Source: Octopus vulgaris (lineage: Eukaryota). From it: 64,000 bases of DNA. The DNA is taken from positions 310,001-374,000 of the forward strand of contig OX597817.1 in the NCBI GenBank assembly GCA_951406725.2, in the 5' to 3' direction. Shown piece by piece: positions 1 to 13,303 of this stretch. The position numbers and the translations under genes are program-made. The notes below the pieces were generated by a model. It was not told the DNA's origin. It did not search any database and saw only the letters and a program-made list of their open reading frames with translations. The first letter of the stretch is position 1. Every line of letters starts with the position of its first letter.

Positions 1-893
1 CCCCTCTCTCTCTCTTTCTCTCTCTATCCTGGCAAACGAGAAGACAAATATATCAGACGGACTCAATGAATAGAGCCAGCATCCAGTAACTCACTCGAGA
101 AGGGCGGCGAGGATGCCCCAGCTTTGCTTAAACTCCTAAATAGACTTAGACTGACAGACAGACAGACATCTTGACATCATGAAACAAGAGGATGCATATT
201 CTGGCGCTTAGAGCCATCTTTTCCGGCACCGTTCAGTTTTGATCGTTTCCCGAGTGATTCACGTCACCGATGTCGTCGGATGATACTAAGTTCTTGACAC
301 CGAGCTACACCACGCCTCCGATGCTGGATCATGTCTTCCGCAAGAATAGACGCAACACACCGCAGTGTGGTAGCTGTTCTCTTAAGCAAGTCTCTCCGAA
401 CAGAATCGCTGATCCTAAAACTAACGATGGTTTACACCTCGTCGAATGAACAGGCGCCCGGGAGACTGATTGTTTTTTTCGTATCATCGGATGGCAGCGG
501 TGAGCGGACCGATGCTGGATCACCGTTTGAGCGGTTCCAATGACATACGGACACACTCACCATAACCGTCGGGTGTCCGTTGCGGCCCACGAGACATACG
601 GTTTTCAATGTGATTCGGAGAAGTGGAAGTGAATCAACGACTGGAATTGCAATCGAAAAAACACACAGAAGACGCGACATCTGCTGATTTACTTTATTGC
701 CAGCTGAGTTAAACAGTTTTCAAATCGAAATTGTGTTTCAAAATGAATTCAAAGGGAAGTAATCATTCCTATTCTGCAAGAGTGATTTCCCTTCAACTGC
801 TAATGATTTCATAAAGCGATTAGAGTCCCTTCTTAAACTATGATAATCCCGTTATGTAGAATTGTTAAGATTTTACATTAATCATACAAAATT

Positions 894-1103
894 GACGCAA
901 GCATGGTTGTGTGGCTTCTTAATACGGCCATTGATTTACAACTGGGAGGTTGTGGGTTCAGTCCTACTGCACGGAATCATGGAAAAGTATCTTCCACTCT
1001 CGCCTTCCGTTGACCAAAGCCTTGGGAATGGATTTAGTAATCGCAGACTGAAAGAACTTCTCGAATATGTACGCATGAAAGTATGTACCTGTGTGCGTGC
1101 ATA

Positions 1104-1161
<58 letters not shown>

Positions 1162-1373
1162 TGTGTGTGTGTGTGTCTGTGTTTGTCCCCCTAGCATTGT
1201 TTCACAACCGATGCTGGTGTGTTTATGTCCGCGTTACTTAGCGGTTCGGCATAAGAGACCGATAGAATAAGTACTGGGCTTACAAAAGAAAAAGTCACCG
1301 GTGTCGAGTTGCTCGATTAAGGGCGGTGCTCCAGCATGGCCGCAGTCAAATGACTGAAACAAGTAAAAGAGTA
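894..1373 (+). mobile_element. tRNA-derived octopus SINE with internal (TA)n/(TG)n tract
   Basis: Pol III B-box-like GGTTCAGTCC head; body (gaccaaagccttg...ctgaaagaa) and 3' part (ttagcggttcggca...gatagaataagtact...gctccagcatggccgcagtcaaatgactgaaacaagtaaaagag) recur at 8927-9290, 39365-39580, 50570-50948 and 63365-64000. Confidence 0.85.
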
Positions 1374-1393
1374 AATATATATATATATTTACT

Positions 1394-1450
<57 letters not shown>

Positions 1451-1569
1451 TATATATATAAACATTACATTATATAATTAGGGTTCAGCAAAAAAAAAAT
1501 TGCTTTACCACGTACCGAGCTTTTAGAAATAGCAGCCAAAGAATTTAGCTATTAGTTATATATATTTAG

Positions 1570-1675
<106 letters not shown>

Positions 1676-1708
1676 ATGTATGTATGTATGTATGTATGTA
1701 TGTATGTA

Positions 1709-1776
1709 TGCGAACGCATTGTGACCAGCGATGTGTAACAACATCTGATGGTCTGGTCGGTCACGTGATCACGTGG
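1709..1776 (+). mobile_element. 3' tail fragment of a second SINE family
   Basis: gcattgtgaccagcgatgtgtaacaacatctgatggtctggtcggtcacgtga matches the 3' end of the minus-strand SINE at 21795-22095. Confidence 0.7.
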
Positions 1777-2574
1777 TGTATGTACGTATGATACAGATAA
1801 GGAAATGTTTTAATTCTCAAACGCAGATTAATGCTGATAATATAGCATAAACAGGATAAACTATCCATATTTTGCAGAAAAATCTGTCGGCCATCCATGA
1901 GACTCTAACTCACATCCCTGTGATTACACGTCAGTTACTTTACCATTGAGCTAAACTGCCCGAACAGCAAATTCTTTTGTAAATTTAGAATATAAAAATC
2001 TAGCTCTGTAAGACGCTATCGTACGTTAAATTGAACTTACGTTGAAAGTCAACAAAGTTCGTGCTGTGTTGTTAGCGTTATCCTGCGTTTCAGAATAAAA
2101 CAGTTTTCTTACCTGTATCTTTCAATACATCTCAATGCATCTAAAGCAAACTTTCAACGCAAGTTGAAAGTAGACACCACACTTGCTTCGCCCTCTGTCG
2201 TCTTCCCGACACCCCACACCACCACACCGCACACCACCACACCACACAACCACACACCATCAAACCACAATACCACACCATATCACATCACACCACCACG
2301 CACACACTAGCACTGACTACTTCGCAGCACCCACACCATCATCCACATAACTACACATGCGCACACGCACACATCAATGTCACGAACCCGCTTCAACACG
2401 TATATATACGGTCTCACATAGACGCACGCGCACCTTCGTTTTGGTATCACCACTACTTTATTATCTCCCTTTTTTACCTAGCTCTCCTTTGTGAGCCCTC
2501 TGTCCGACATTCGCCATGATAGATCGCTAGCCACTGAACCTGTTTCGATTTTCTCTCCCTGTTTATTTTTGTGT

Positions 2575-2612
2575 TCTTACCTGACGAAGAGTGTAGGATC
2601 GAAACGTAAAAG
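2575..2612 (+). ncRNA. degenerate minimal hammerhead ribozyme motif in a Penelope-type pseudo-LTR
   Basis: CTGACGA (2581-2587), short imperfect stem II, GAAA (2601-2604), cg, TA; stems I and II are partly mismatched. Confidence 0.45.
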
Positions 2613-2698
2613 TCTTTCTCACTTCCCGAGCGTTAAACTAATACATCTGTTTGTTGTTTACACACCCGTCTTCGTTTTTTTTTTTGTAAATTTTCATT

Positions 2699-2773
<75 letters not shown>

Positions 2774-3169
2774 GTAACGTAAATGTCGCCCGATAGGGCG
2801 GCCTTTATGCTTGGTCCTGCGGAGGGCTCTTCATATATATAGAAAATCAAAAAATAAAATTGCAGAAGACAAAAGGAGAAACGAAAACTTAATCCAGCGA
2901 GAAAAGTATTGAAAATAACCGTTAACCGATATGGATGTATAAATGCCCTCGGGTAAGCTGCATGTCACGAGTACACACGCTCATACAAGCATTAGAAAAA
3001 ATGTGAGCATAGGCACACGCGAGGTTAGGCGCACTCATAATTACAAAGCAAGTTAGATATTTAGTAGGTGTTTAGAAGAACGGGGAGGTTTAAGTAAATT
3101 TAAGTCACCCATACCTTAAAGTAAAATAAAATAAAATTACACTAAATTGACGATTACTCAAAATTCATT

Positions 3170-3600
3170 CCCACTGCATTGTGCGAAAGTACATTTATAT
3201 GCGCGTAGGCATCTCGATACTTTTTCAGAAATTCTATTAAGTAACTTTTCGTTAGTCCACAGAATAGACAGGGATTCCTCGGAGCAGAGACGGCATCTCC
3301 TGGAAATTGCAGTGTATGGTTTTACATGCCTAACTACGGACTAAGTGATGTATTATTTCCTATTAGCCTCCTTCAGTCGCCATATAAAATCTGCCAAAGA
3401 TGTCGAATGTCTCTTATTGATTGACCTAAAGCTGGCAACATGATTACGAAAACGATTCTTAAATGAATCAACCGTCTGCCCAATGTAAACATAGGGCACT
3501 CGCTTTCTGTGCACGGTACATTTATATACATGATTTGTACTCATACAGAGGTTCATCAAAGGACATTTTGATTTATCCCTGCAAGAGCATTTATCGTTTG
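3170..3600 (-). mobile_element. Penelope-like element GIY-YIG endonuclease fragment
   Basis: CSCRDKSKCPL..C..VYKC...YVYIGQT..FKNRFRNH..SF..STSL..IW; interrupted C-terminal RCRLCSEE segment. Confidence 0.85.
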
Positions 3601-3624
3601 TTTTATATATATATATATATATAT

Positions 3625-4060
3625 TTAGGACTGTATAACAAAATATGGTGAAGTCAGAGTCAGTGGGAATTGATCCAAAAGCCGTAGAAACCCTTGCATG
3701 AGACCGAGTTGGATGGCGAACAAAAATGCAGTGAAAGTTTTGAAGAACCAGGATGCCCCAATGAAAAGCGAAAAGAAATTCGAAGAAAAATGTTATTATC
3801 AACGAGAATATGAATCTCAGCATTGTTTTCTTTTTTTTGTGAGCAGAATCTCTGATATTTCTCTTGCTGGACTCAAATCTCATTTGCGGACCCTTGAACA
3901 ACGAACCTCCACCAGCCATTCTGTCAATATATCTGTGCACAACTTTCAATGCCGTGTATGCTAGAAGGTCTGCAAATCTAAGGGAGGCCTCAAAATACAT
4001 TTTAAGATCCACAAAGATCAGAACGTAAATGCAGCTCTTGCTGGTTCAAACTGGATATGC
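3625..4060 (+). mobile_element. RTE-clade LINE C-terminal remnant
   Basis: GIDPKAVETLA*DRVGWR motif followed by C2H2-like GLKSHLRT and [20 protein letters not shown]. Confidence 0.6.
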
Positions 4061-4233
4061 AATTTGTGTGGAAAGCAAAGTTTACAAAGTCACAAACACA
4101 CACATACACACACACACACACACACATACATACATACATACATACATACATACATACATACATACATACATACATACATACATACAACCCTAGTTGTCCG
4201 GATGCTTTGCGTTCTTGGCCCATCTGTATTTTG

Positions 4234-4280
<47 letters not shown>

Positions 4281-4344
4281 TATATATATATATATATATT
4301 ATAAGGGTGTCTATATACATATATATATATGTAGTGTTGACATG

Positions 4345-4407
<63 letters not shown>

Positions 4408-4432
4408 GTGTCTATATACATATATATATGTG

Positions 4433-4485
<53 letters not shown>

Positions 4486-4523
4486 GGGTGTCTATATACA
4501 TATATATGTGTATGAATGTGTGT

Positions 4524-4600
<77 letters not shown>

Positions 4601-4610
4601 CAGAGAGATA

Positions 4611-4925
4611 GGAGCGCTCCGTCGGTTACGACGACGAGGGTACCAGCCGATTCGATCAACGGAACAGCCCGCTAGTGAAATTGACGTGCAAGTGGCTGAG
4701 CAATCCACAGACACGCGTACCCCTAACGTTGTTCTCAGAGAGATTCAGAGTGTGACAAGGCTGGCCCTTTGAAATACAAGTAGAACTCATTTTTGCCAGC
4801 TGAGTGGACTGGAGCAACGTGAAATGAAGTGTCTTGCTCAAGGACACAACGCGTCGCCTGGAATCGAACTCACGACCTTACAATGTTGAGTCGAATACCC
4901 CAACCACTAAGCCACGCGCCTTCAC
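4611..4925 (-). mobile_element. tRNA-derived SINE
   Basis: Minus strand reads gtgaaggcgcgTGGCTTAGTGG (A box)...GAGTTCGATTCC (B box)...tgtgtccttgagcaagacactt; ends at (TCTA)n. Confidence 0.85.
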
Positions 4926-6243
4926 TAAATATACATACATACATATGATATATGTATACATATAAATCTTTGCTTGAATAGAAGACAAATTTCCAAGGAT
5001 AGAGGCAGTGTGATTGAACCCACGATCACATGGCTGGAAAACAAGATTCTTAACCACGCAGCCACGCTAGCGCCTGTTTTGTATATTTAATATTAAATCT
5101 TAAAATTTTAAACTTTTTAAGATGTAAATAGAATAGGATTATCCAAGCCGTAAATCGGGATTATCATAGCTGCAATATTGTATTATCATTTCTCTTACGA
5201 CGAAACGTAAATTCAACATTTGAAGGGCAATAACTCTTGTGTTGAGTATGAAGTATTACTTCCCTTTCTGTTGTTAATTAAATTCCTTCGTTGAGACTGA
5301 AAGAGAGCGAAAGACAGAGAGTGGGAGTGAGAGACAAAGAGAGAGGGAAGAAACAGAGAGAGTTTGAGAGAAAGAGAGAGAGGGAGACGGATAGGGACAG
5401 AGAGAGAAAAAGCTAGACAGGCAGGAAGAGTGAGAGGAGGAGAGACAGGGGTGAGAGACAGACATATAGACAGACTGAGACAGAGACAGTGAGAGAGAGA
5501 GAGACAGAGACAGGGAGAAAAGAGAGAGAGATTAGCATGTTTGTATTTTCATCTTAGAGGAATAGCAAGTCAGGGGCAGTTCTTCCGTCGTTGTCGACGA
5601 TGACCAAATACATAAGAAGGGTGAAGAAGATGGGTAAAGGTGTGTCCGGTTGTTGCCGTCCTGTCCGATGCATTCTCCGCCCCACAGGTTGGGTAATGGT
5701 TGTCTGCTGAGTCTGAAGGCAAGAAGCCGACTCTGGACCCGCATCATTCAAGCTTTCTTTGCCCTTGTAAATTATGTTCTAGGGTGCAAGGTGTATCTGG
5801 GTCAAGTAGTACCTCTATCAGGGGAATATGTAGTCCTCCTTGGAGTAGTCCGTCCGGTTTGGTCCTTCCGTGACTCCCACCTCTCACCTGTGGTTCATCA
5901 ATGCAACAGTATTCACACCCAGAGTCACGGCTTCCAGAGGCTGGCTAAACCATGGTAAGGGTAGTACACGGCCTTTAACCATTGGTGGGCTAGGGCTTGT
6001 CTATCTAAGGATGTGAACCGGTTGAGTGTGCTGAGGAAACCACTAGACAGGCTCAACGGACCCGCAAACTTTGTGGAGGGTGAACTGCAACCTGTCTGTA
6101 GTTCTCTTGACTTCATCCTTCCACTGGAATCACAGAGGAAGGGACGAGAGACTGAGCCAGATGCTATTGTGCAACCTTCCCTCACTTTAATCCATGTCAC
6201 GCCCAGTTCAAGATATCACACCATCCCAGGGTCAGGTAAAATA

Positions 6244-6489
6244 TTGGGTTGGTGCATAATTATTGCGGCTTCTTTTCAACAAATATTATTCAACAAAAAC
6301 AATAAAAATATTTATCAAAAACATCTTTACATGACGATCTGACCGTCTGTCAAGCGAATGGGAAGCGGTTATTGAAGTAGATGGTGAATATGCTCCGGAA
6401 TAATGATTTAAAGATGTTTTTGCTACATGTTATTGATTTTGTTGAATAAAATTTATTGAAAAAAACCGCATAATTATGGACCAACCCAA
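6244..6489 (+). mobile_element. mariner internal-deletion derivative (MITE)
   Basis: TIRs ttgggttggtgcataattattgcgg / ccgcataattatggaccaacccaa flanked by TA on both sides; internal DRLSSEWEAVIEVDGEYAPE* resembles a mariner transposase C-terminus. Confidence 0.85.
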
Positions 6490-7339
6490 TATATGGACAC
6501 ACACACACACACGTGTCGGCCGACAATGGCAAAGAGACGGACGGAACAACGGTTCGCCTATTGATGAGAGAAACGGATGTGAGGACATCTTGATGGAACG
6601 CCGCTTCAGAGAGCATCGTGCGGTGTGTGGAGGGAGAGAAAGGGACGGAGCGACGGCGAATGATGCCTATTATTAAAAAGAGTGAGAATAATATAAAATA
6701 GTGTTTATAACACATTATCGATAAATATCGAACATTGATCAATGGAATTAGTACAGATTGCGACTCCACGTCACTGATTCGTTTTTTATTTCGCTTTTTC
6801 ACATTTCCAATTCTTTACTTTTCCTTTCACTCTGCCTGCAATCGTCACACAGTTTACATGGTCGCTGGAGTGAAGTGGCTTAGAGGTTAGGGGTATTCGG
6901 GTTAGATTTGGGGTGATATACTAATACATGCTGAAGAGGAGAGAGAGGATTTTATATGTGTGACTTTGATATACTTGGCTGTTATTTCTAGCATCAGGAA
7001 GGACCACCAATTGGATAATATTCCTCCAGATGCTTCTTAAAGTCTCCTTTAATCCTTCATGAAAAGCGATACAAAATACTAAACTGTTATTTCTAGCATA
7101 TTACTCAACCACCTGTAGGACAATATATTTGATAGACGCTTCCTCAAGTGTCCTGCTTTTATAAAACAAAAACTTTAGAAATATCAAGGTTTTTGCTTGC
7201 TGTTTCACGAATGATGCGAGACAATAGAGAGGTGAGATTCTTTTATAAAAGTCGAAATAGTTTTGGGACGGAAACAATGAGATTAAGGGAAAGAAAGAGA
7301 GTGAGAGAGAGTAAAAAGAAGGAAAGAATGAAAGAGAGT

Positions 7340-7372
<33 letters not shown>

Positions 7373-7459
7373 GAAGAATGAAAAGAGAAAAAAGAAGGAA
7401 TGAAAGAAAAGAGCAAGGAAGGAAAAAAGTAACGTGATTCTGTAATAATGCATGAAATG

Positions 7460-8450
<991 letters not shown>

Positions 8451-8876
8451 CATATCCTCAACATGATTTCACATTATGCTAGAAATAACAGCCAACTGCA
8501 TGCAAATTTGCATTTGTTTTTATTAAATAATTAAAAGGGACATTAAGAAGCATTTCTAAAATCTTTTCCCATACGTGGTATTCTTCATTCTAGAAACAGA
8601 AGCCATGTGACTTTCAATTCACTATGTTTGTCATATAAAAATTTGAAGGACAATTGAGAAGAATTTATAAAAGAAAGAGACCAACATATTTTCTCACATC
8701 TTTCTAGAAACAGAAAGCAAGTCCTTCAAAGTTTATAGTTTTTCATTTGTGAATGGAAGGACACTTCAGGAAGCATCTCCATAAAACACCGCTTCTTCTG
8801 CCTTCTCTCCAACCCAACATTTTCCCACACTCTTACTAAAACCTTTATATCATTAGCTCTCTCTCTCTCTCTTTCT

Positions 8877-8922
<46 letters not shown>

Positions 8923-8926
8923 ATAC

Positions 8927-9290
8927 ATACTCTTTACTCTTTTACTTGTTTCAGTCACGTGACTGTGGCCATGCTGGAGTACCGCCTTTAGTCGAGAAAA
9001 TCGACTCCAGGACTTATTCTTTGTAAGCCTAGTACTTATTCTATCGGGCTCTTTTTGCCGAACCGCTAAGTTACGGGGACGTAAACGCACCAGCATCGGT
9101 TGTCAAGCGATGTTGGGGGGACAAACACAGACACACAAACATATACACACACATATATATACATATATACGACGGGCTTCTTTGAGAGTTTCCGTCTACC
9201 AAATTCACTCACAAGGCTTTGGATGACCCGAGGCTATAGTAGAAGACACTTGCCCAAAGTGCCACGCAGTGGGACTGAACCCAGAACCAC
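8927..9290 (-). mobile_element. octopus SINE (same family as 894-1373), head truncated
   Basis: Reverse complement of the 894-1373 family. Confidence 0.85.
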
Positions 9291-9717
9291 ACGGAAACTT
9301 TGTAGAGGGTGAACTGGGGTAGAGACAAAAAGAGCCACTCCCAATTCCTTCTTCCTTGACCTTAAACAATACTAAGCCCCTACAACACATAAATATTAAC
9401 AGCCACAACCACACACACATACACACACACGCACACGCAGACCTTCGCGCACGCACATATCCACACTTACACACACATACCTCCTCTTGCACTCTCCTGT
9501 CTTTGAAAGAACTTTTCTTCACCCATTTCCTTCCGCTCATTAAAAATGTGACCGCGTGTGTACCGTTGGCGATTTTATTCCCTCTGTCTTCCCTTCTCTG
9601 GATCTTTCCTTCTCCTACGTTTCCAGCGAGGAGCTCCGCTCGAAACAGGAGGGCTGACACCATCACGGTGTCCTCTAGCCTGCAAAGGGAGATCATTCCC
9701 CGAAGAAGCGGATGCCA

Positions 9718-9762
9718 CATACGGACCTAGGTTTCAAGGTATTTGCCTATTATCAACGCATG
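9718..9762 (-). ncRNA. type I hammerhead ribozyme, U3-A8 variant
   Basis: Exact reverse complement of 10198-10242. Confidence 0.7.
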
Positions 9763-10197
9763 GCAGGCACCGCTCTCCGATGAATAACTCTCTGTGCAGG
9801 CTATATTTAAAGATTTTCACAGTAAATACATTTACTGATGTAGAAAATCCGTTCGAAAGCAATAATAATTCTCTAAACGAGATATAAACAGTAACTGCTC
9901 CATAACATAAGGGACATCAGCCATCTGAATGTAGCTAGGGACAGGGCAGGGCGGTGGGGGTGTTACTGATGCATTTAGCCCCAGGCGATCATCAACGTCA
10001 CCAGGAGGGCTGACACCATCACGGTGTCCTCTAGCCTGCAAAGGGAGATCATTCCCCGAAGAAGCGGATGCCACATATCTCGTTTAGAGAATTATTATTG
10101 CTTTCGAACGGATTTTCTACATCAGTAAATGTATTTACTGTGAAAATCTTTAAATATAGCCTGCACAGAGAGTTATTCATCGGAGAGCGGTGCCTGC

Positions 10198-10242
10198 CAT
10201 GCGTTGATAATAGGCAAATACCTTGAAACCTAGGTCCGTATG
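10198..10242 (+). ncRNA. type I hammerhead ribozyme, U3-A8 variant
   Basis: catgcg TTGATAA t agg caaata cct t GAAA cctagg TC cgtatg: 6-bp stem I (extendable), stem II, palindromic stem III, GUC cleavage triplet at 10234-10236. Confidence 0.7.
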
Positions 10243-10457
10243 TGGCATCCGCTTCTTCGGGGAATGATCTCCCTTTGCAGGCTAGAGGACACCGTGATGG
10301 TGTCAGCCCTCCTGGTGACGTTGATGATCGCCTGGGGCTAAATGCATCAGTAACACCCCCCAACGCCCTGCCCTGTCCCTAGCCACATTCAGATGGCTGA
10401 TGTCCCTTATGTTATGGAGCAGTTACTGTTTATATTTCGTTTAGAGAATTATTATTG

Positions 10458-10509
<52 letters not shown>

Positions 10510-10633
10510 ATGTATATATATATGTGTGTGTATATATATATATATATACATATGCACACATATATACATACATGTATATATATATACATATATATACACA
10601 CACACATATACATACATGTATATATATATATAT

Positions 10634-10675
<42 letters not shown>

Positions 10676-11014
10676 TTAAACATTTGTTTAAATAGCGTTT
10701 GGTCACCTGAAACGAACTTTTGCAGGCATGGTGGGGGAAAATTTTAGTAGTAGTAAACTGGCAGACTTTGGCTGAAGAGAAACAGGCACCTATCTGGTGC
10801 TAATTTCAAAGCCAGTTCCAAGTTTACCAGTATTGCTTATGCTGAACTAGCAGAGGCAAGATGTTTTTAATATTCACTGGAATTTGTACCTACCATGCCT
10901 GTATTAGATTTGTGACTACTCTGTGGTACAGAAGTATTTCTGACTTCTATTTTTAGTGATGTAGGTGCTCATATGGTGCCTTCATGTATATATATAAGTA
11001 CATATCTTACATCT

Positions 11015-11245
11015 GAACGTGGCCGATGCCAGCGCCGCCTTGACTGGCTTCTGTTCTGGTGGCACGTAAAAAGCACCCACTACACTCACGGAGTGGTTGG
11101 CGTTGGAAGGGCATCCAGCTGTAGAGACACTGCCAGATCAGGCTGGAGCCTGGTGCAGCCTCCTGGCTTCCCAGACCCCAGTCGAACAATCCAAACCATG
11201 CTAGCATGGAAAACGGATGTTAAACGATGATGATGATGATGATGT
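11015..11245 (+). mobile_element. RTE LINE 3' end with (GAT)n tail
   Basis: Nearly identical to 21310-21530, which follows an RTE ORF; other copies at 14465-14730 (-) and 17270-17400 (-). Confidence 0.8.
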
Positions 11246-11349
11246 ACTTGGTCTACATTTTTTCAGGAAGTCGTTATCTGAAGTGTAGTCTCTTTTAAAC
11301 TGAGCTTCATAACTAAGTAAGAAATTAACACAGTTTTCCCATCATTACA

Positions 11350-11850
11350 GGGACTTTATTTCTTCTGACTCACAGCTGTCTTTCCATAATTTTAAAACAC
11401 TTTCTAAAAGTTGTTCATCAGCATATTTAATGAGTTCGGTGTGCATTTCTTCTTGGTTGTTTTATATTTTTGTTCGTTATTCAATGCTCTGAGTTTAATT
11501 AACTCAATCTCTATTTTCATTTTTTCTAGTGCTAATTACTCCCAAAGTTTTATTTGCTGTTCGGGTTCTTCTGGGATTGGTTTGATTTGTAGTTTGTGTG
11601 GCAGAATTAATGGTGTTAAGTTAATCCATTTTTCATATATTTCTGCCTTATTATTATTTTTATCATGTTCCAAAGCGAAAATTTTCTAGCGTTAAGATTT
11701 TTGGACCAAATATGGATAATGCGGGTAGTTTTCTGCTAGCCCCTTGATAATATTTTCACATTTGATTCCCAATTCTAATAATTTTTATATTCTACGTCTA
11801 ATTATTTCTTTGTACAATAGTACTCACTTGCTTAGTACATATTACTTTCA
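11350..11850 (-). pseudogene. degenerate A-rich coding remnant, probably the N-terminal region of a retroelement ORF
   Basis: Broken frames read W..L..RK..W...NNNKAEIYEKW...LPHK..EEPEQQ..LALEKMKIEIELIKLR; family not identified. Confidence 0.35.
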
Positions 11851-12209
11851 TTATTTTATCATAGTTATAATCTCTCATAGAAAAACATCATGGTAGTCCA
11901 ACAACAGAGGGAGATTTGCAAAAGGAAAGAATGATTATGAATAGAATATAAAGAAAGGAGCAGAAAGGAAAAGTATTTTAACAAATAACAAGTACAGAGA
12001 AAAGAAGATTTTTTTGAGAGTCAATAAAATAGAATACGAAGGACTATGTTGAAAGGCAGAGATTGGAATAGGAGGATTACAAAATGATAGTTATATAATC
12101 ACCTTTTAAAAGAAACAGATTTAAAAGAAGAAAGGATTGTAAAATTTATAAAAAGGAATGTTGTATATATTATCATTATCATTTAATGTCTATTTTCCAT
12201 GCTGGCAAG

Positions 12210-12969
12210 TAGTAGAGTAGTAGAGACAGCATTCACCCGGGGTGGGTTGAGCTGGCTTCATTCATCCTCAATGCTGCATCTCTCACAAACGCCGACCAGA
12301 CTTTGCGATTTGAGGCTAACGACAACGTGATCTCCAACCACTCCTCATTCCAGCGGCGAACGCTGTAGATATGGGGGTCTAGGTTGAGTTCCAGATCAGC
12401 CTTGACTGTCATCAGCCAGGTTTTTCGTTGTCCACCACATTGCTTTCGCCAACCCTGAAGGGAAGCTGGGGCAATTGCTTCTAGATGAATTCTCCTGGTT
12501 GACGACGGAGGGCATGACCCAGCCAACGCAGACGTCTCGTTAGGATGACTTGTCGGAGGGAGGTGATTCTGCACTGGTGATGCACCGAATTGTTGGAGAC
12601 AAAGTGATGCCATCGGACACGAAGGATGCGGCGTAGACAGAAGTGATCGAAGGATTCTAGTCGCTTAATATCTTCCACCCTCATTGGCCATAACCCTGAA
12701 GGGGAGCTGGAGCAATTGCTTCGTAGGTTGGGTTCCAGATCAGTCTTGACTGTTATCAGCCAAGTTTTTTGTTGTCCACTACATTGCTTTCGCCAACCCT
12801 GAAGGAGAGCTGTGGCAATTGCTTCGTAGATGAATTCTCCTGGTTGGCGACGGAGGGCATGACCCAGCCAACGCAGACGTCTCGTTAGGATGACTTGTCG
12901 GAGGGAGGTGATTCTGCACTGGTGTCGCACCGAATTGTTGGAGACAAGTGATGTCATCGGACACAAAGG
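12210..12969 (-). mobile_element. 5'-truncated RTE-clade insertion with an internal duplication and 11-bp TSD
   Basis: CLRRILRVRW..RRLRWLGHALR..QRKTW..VKADL; TSD atgctggcaag at 12199-12209 and 12970-12980; 12484-12620 is repeated at 12829-12964. Confidence 0.85.
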
Positions 12970-13303
12970 ATGCTGGCAAGGGTTGGACAGTTTGACAGGA
13001 ACTAACAAGTCAGATTACTGCACCAAGCTCTGATATCTGCTTTGACAAGGTCCCTACGACTGAATACCCTTCCTAATCCCAACCATTTTACTGCTCAAAT
13101 GAAAGTGTGTATACTTGGTGACCACACTTGTGCCAGTGACACACAAAAGCACTCAATACACTCTGTAAGGGGTTGGCATTAGGAAGGGCATTCAGCTGTA
13201 AAAGTCATACCAAAGGCAATGCTTGATAGCATCTTCTGACCTGTTGGATCTTGTAAAATGTTCAACCCATACCCGTATGCTATATGGGCACTAAATGATG
13301 ATA

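Larger units (their letters stand above)
9646..10458. mobile_element. retrozyme-like element: 356-357 nt non-coding unit as a ~1.2-mer (minus sense) and a ~1.1-mer (plus sense), diverging from 10075-10077
   Basis: 9646-9721 repeats at 10002-10077 (period 356); 10075-10458 is the reverse complement of the circularly permuted unit; each arm holds one hammerhead. Confidence 0.75.

Noticed and set aside
3353-4012. 219-aa ORF as a single protein
   Set aside because: Chimeric: antisense RTE sequence read through a TA tract into a PLE GIY-YIG fragment.
4850-4925. tRNA gene (also at 22020-22095 and 48740-48830)
   Set aside because: A/B boxes run directly into SINE bodies with no complete cloverleaf; these are SINE heads.
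5580-6235. GC-richer segment with short ORFs
   Set aside because: No recognisable motif; probably a LINE 5'UTR-type repeat, but I cannot assign it.
9832-9870. ctgatgtagaa..ttcgaaagc as an opposite-polarity hammerhead in the 356-nt unit
   Set aside because: The core reads CUGAUGU and I could not form stem I or stem III convincingly.
10290-10400. HDV-like or twister-like motifs (gccctcctggt..ggctaa; gtccctagcc)
   Set aside because: The required P1 and P4 helices do not pair.
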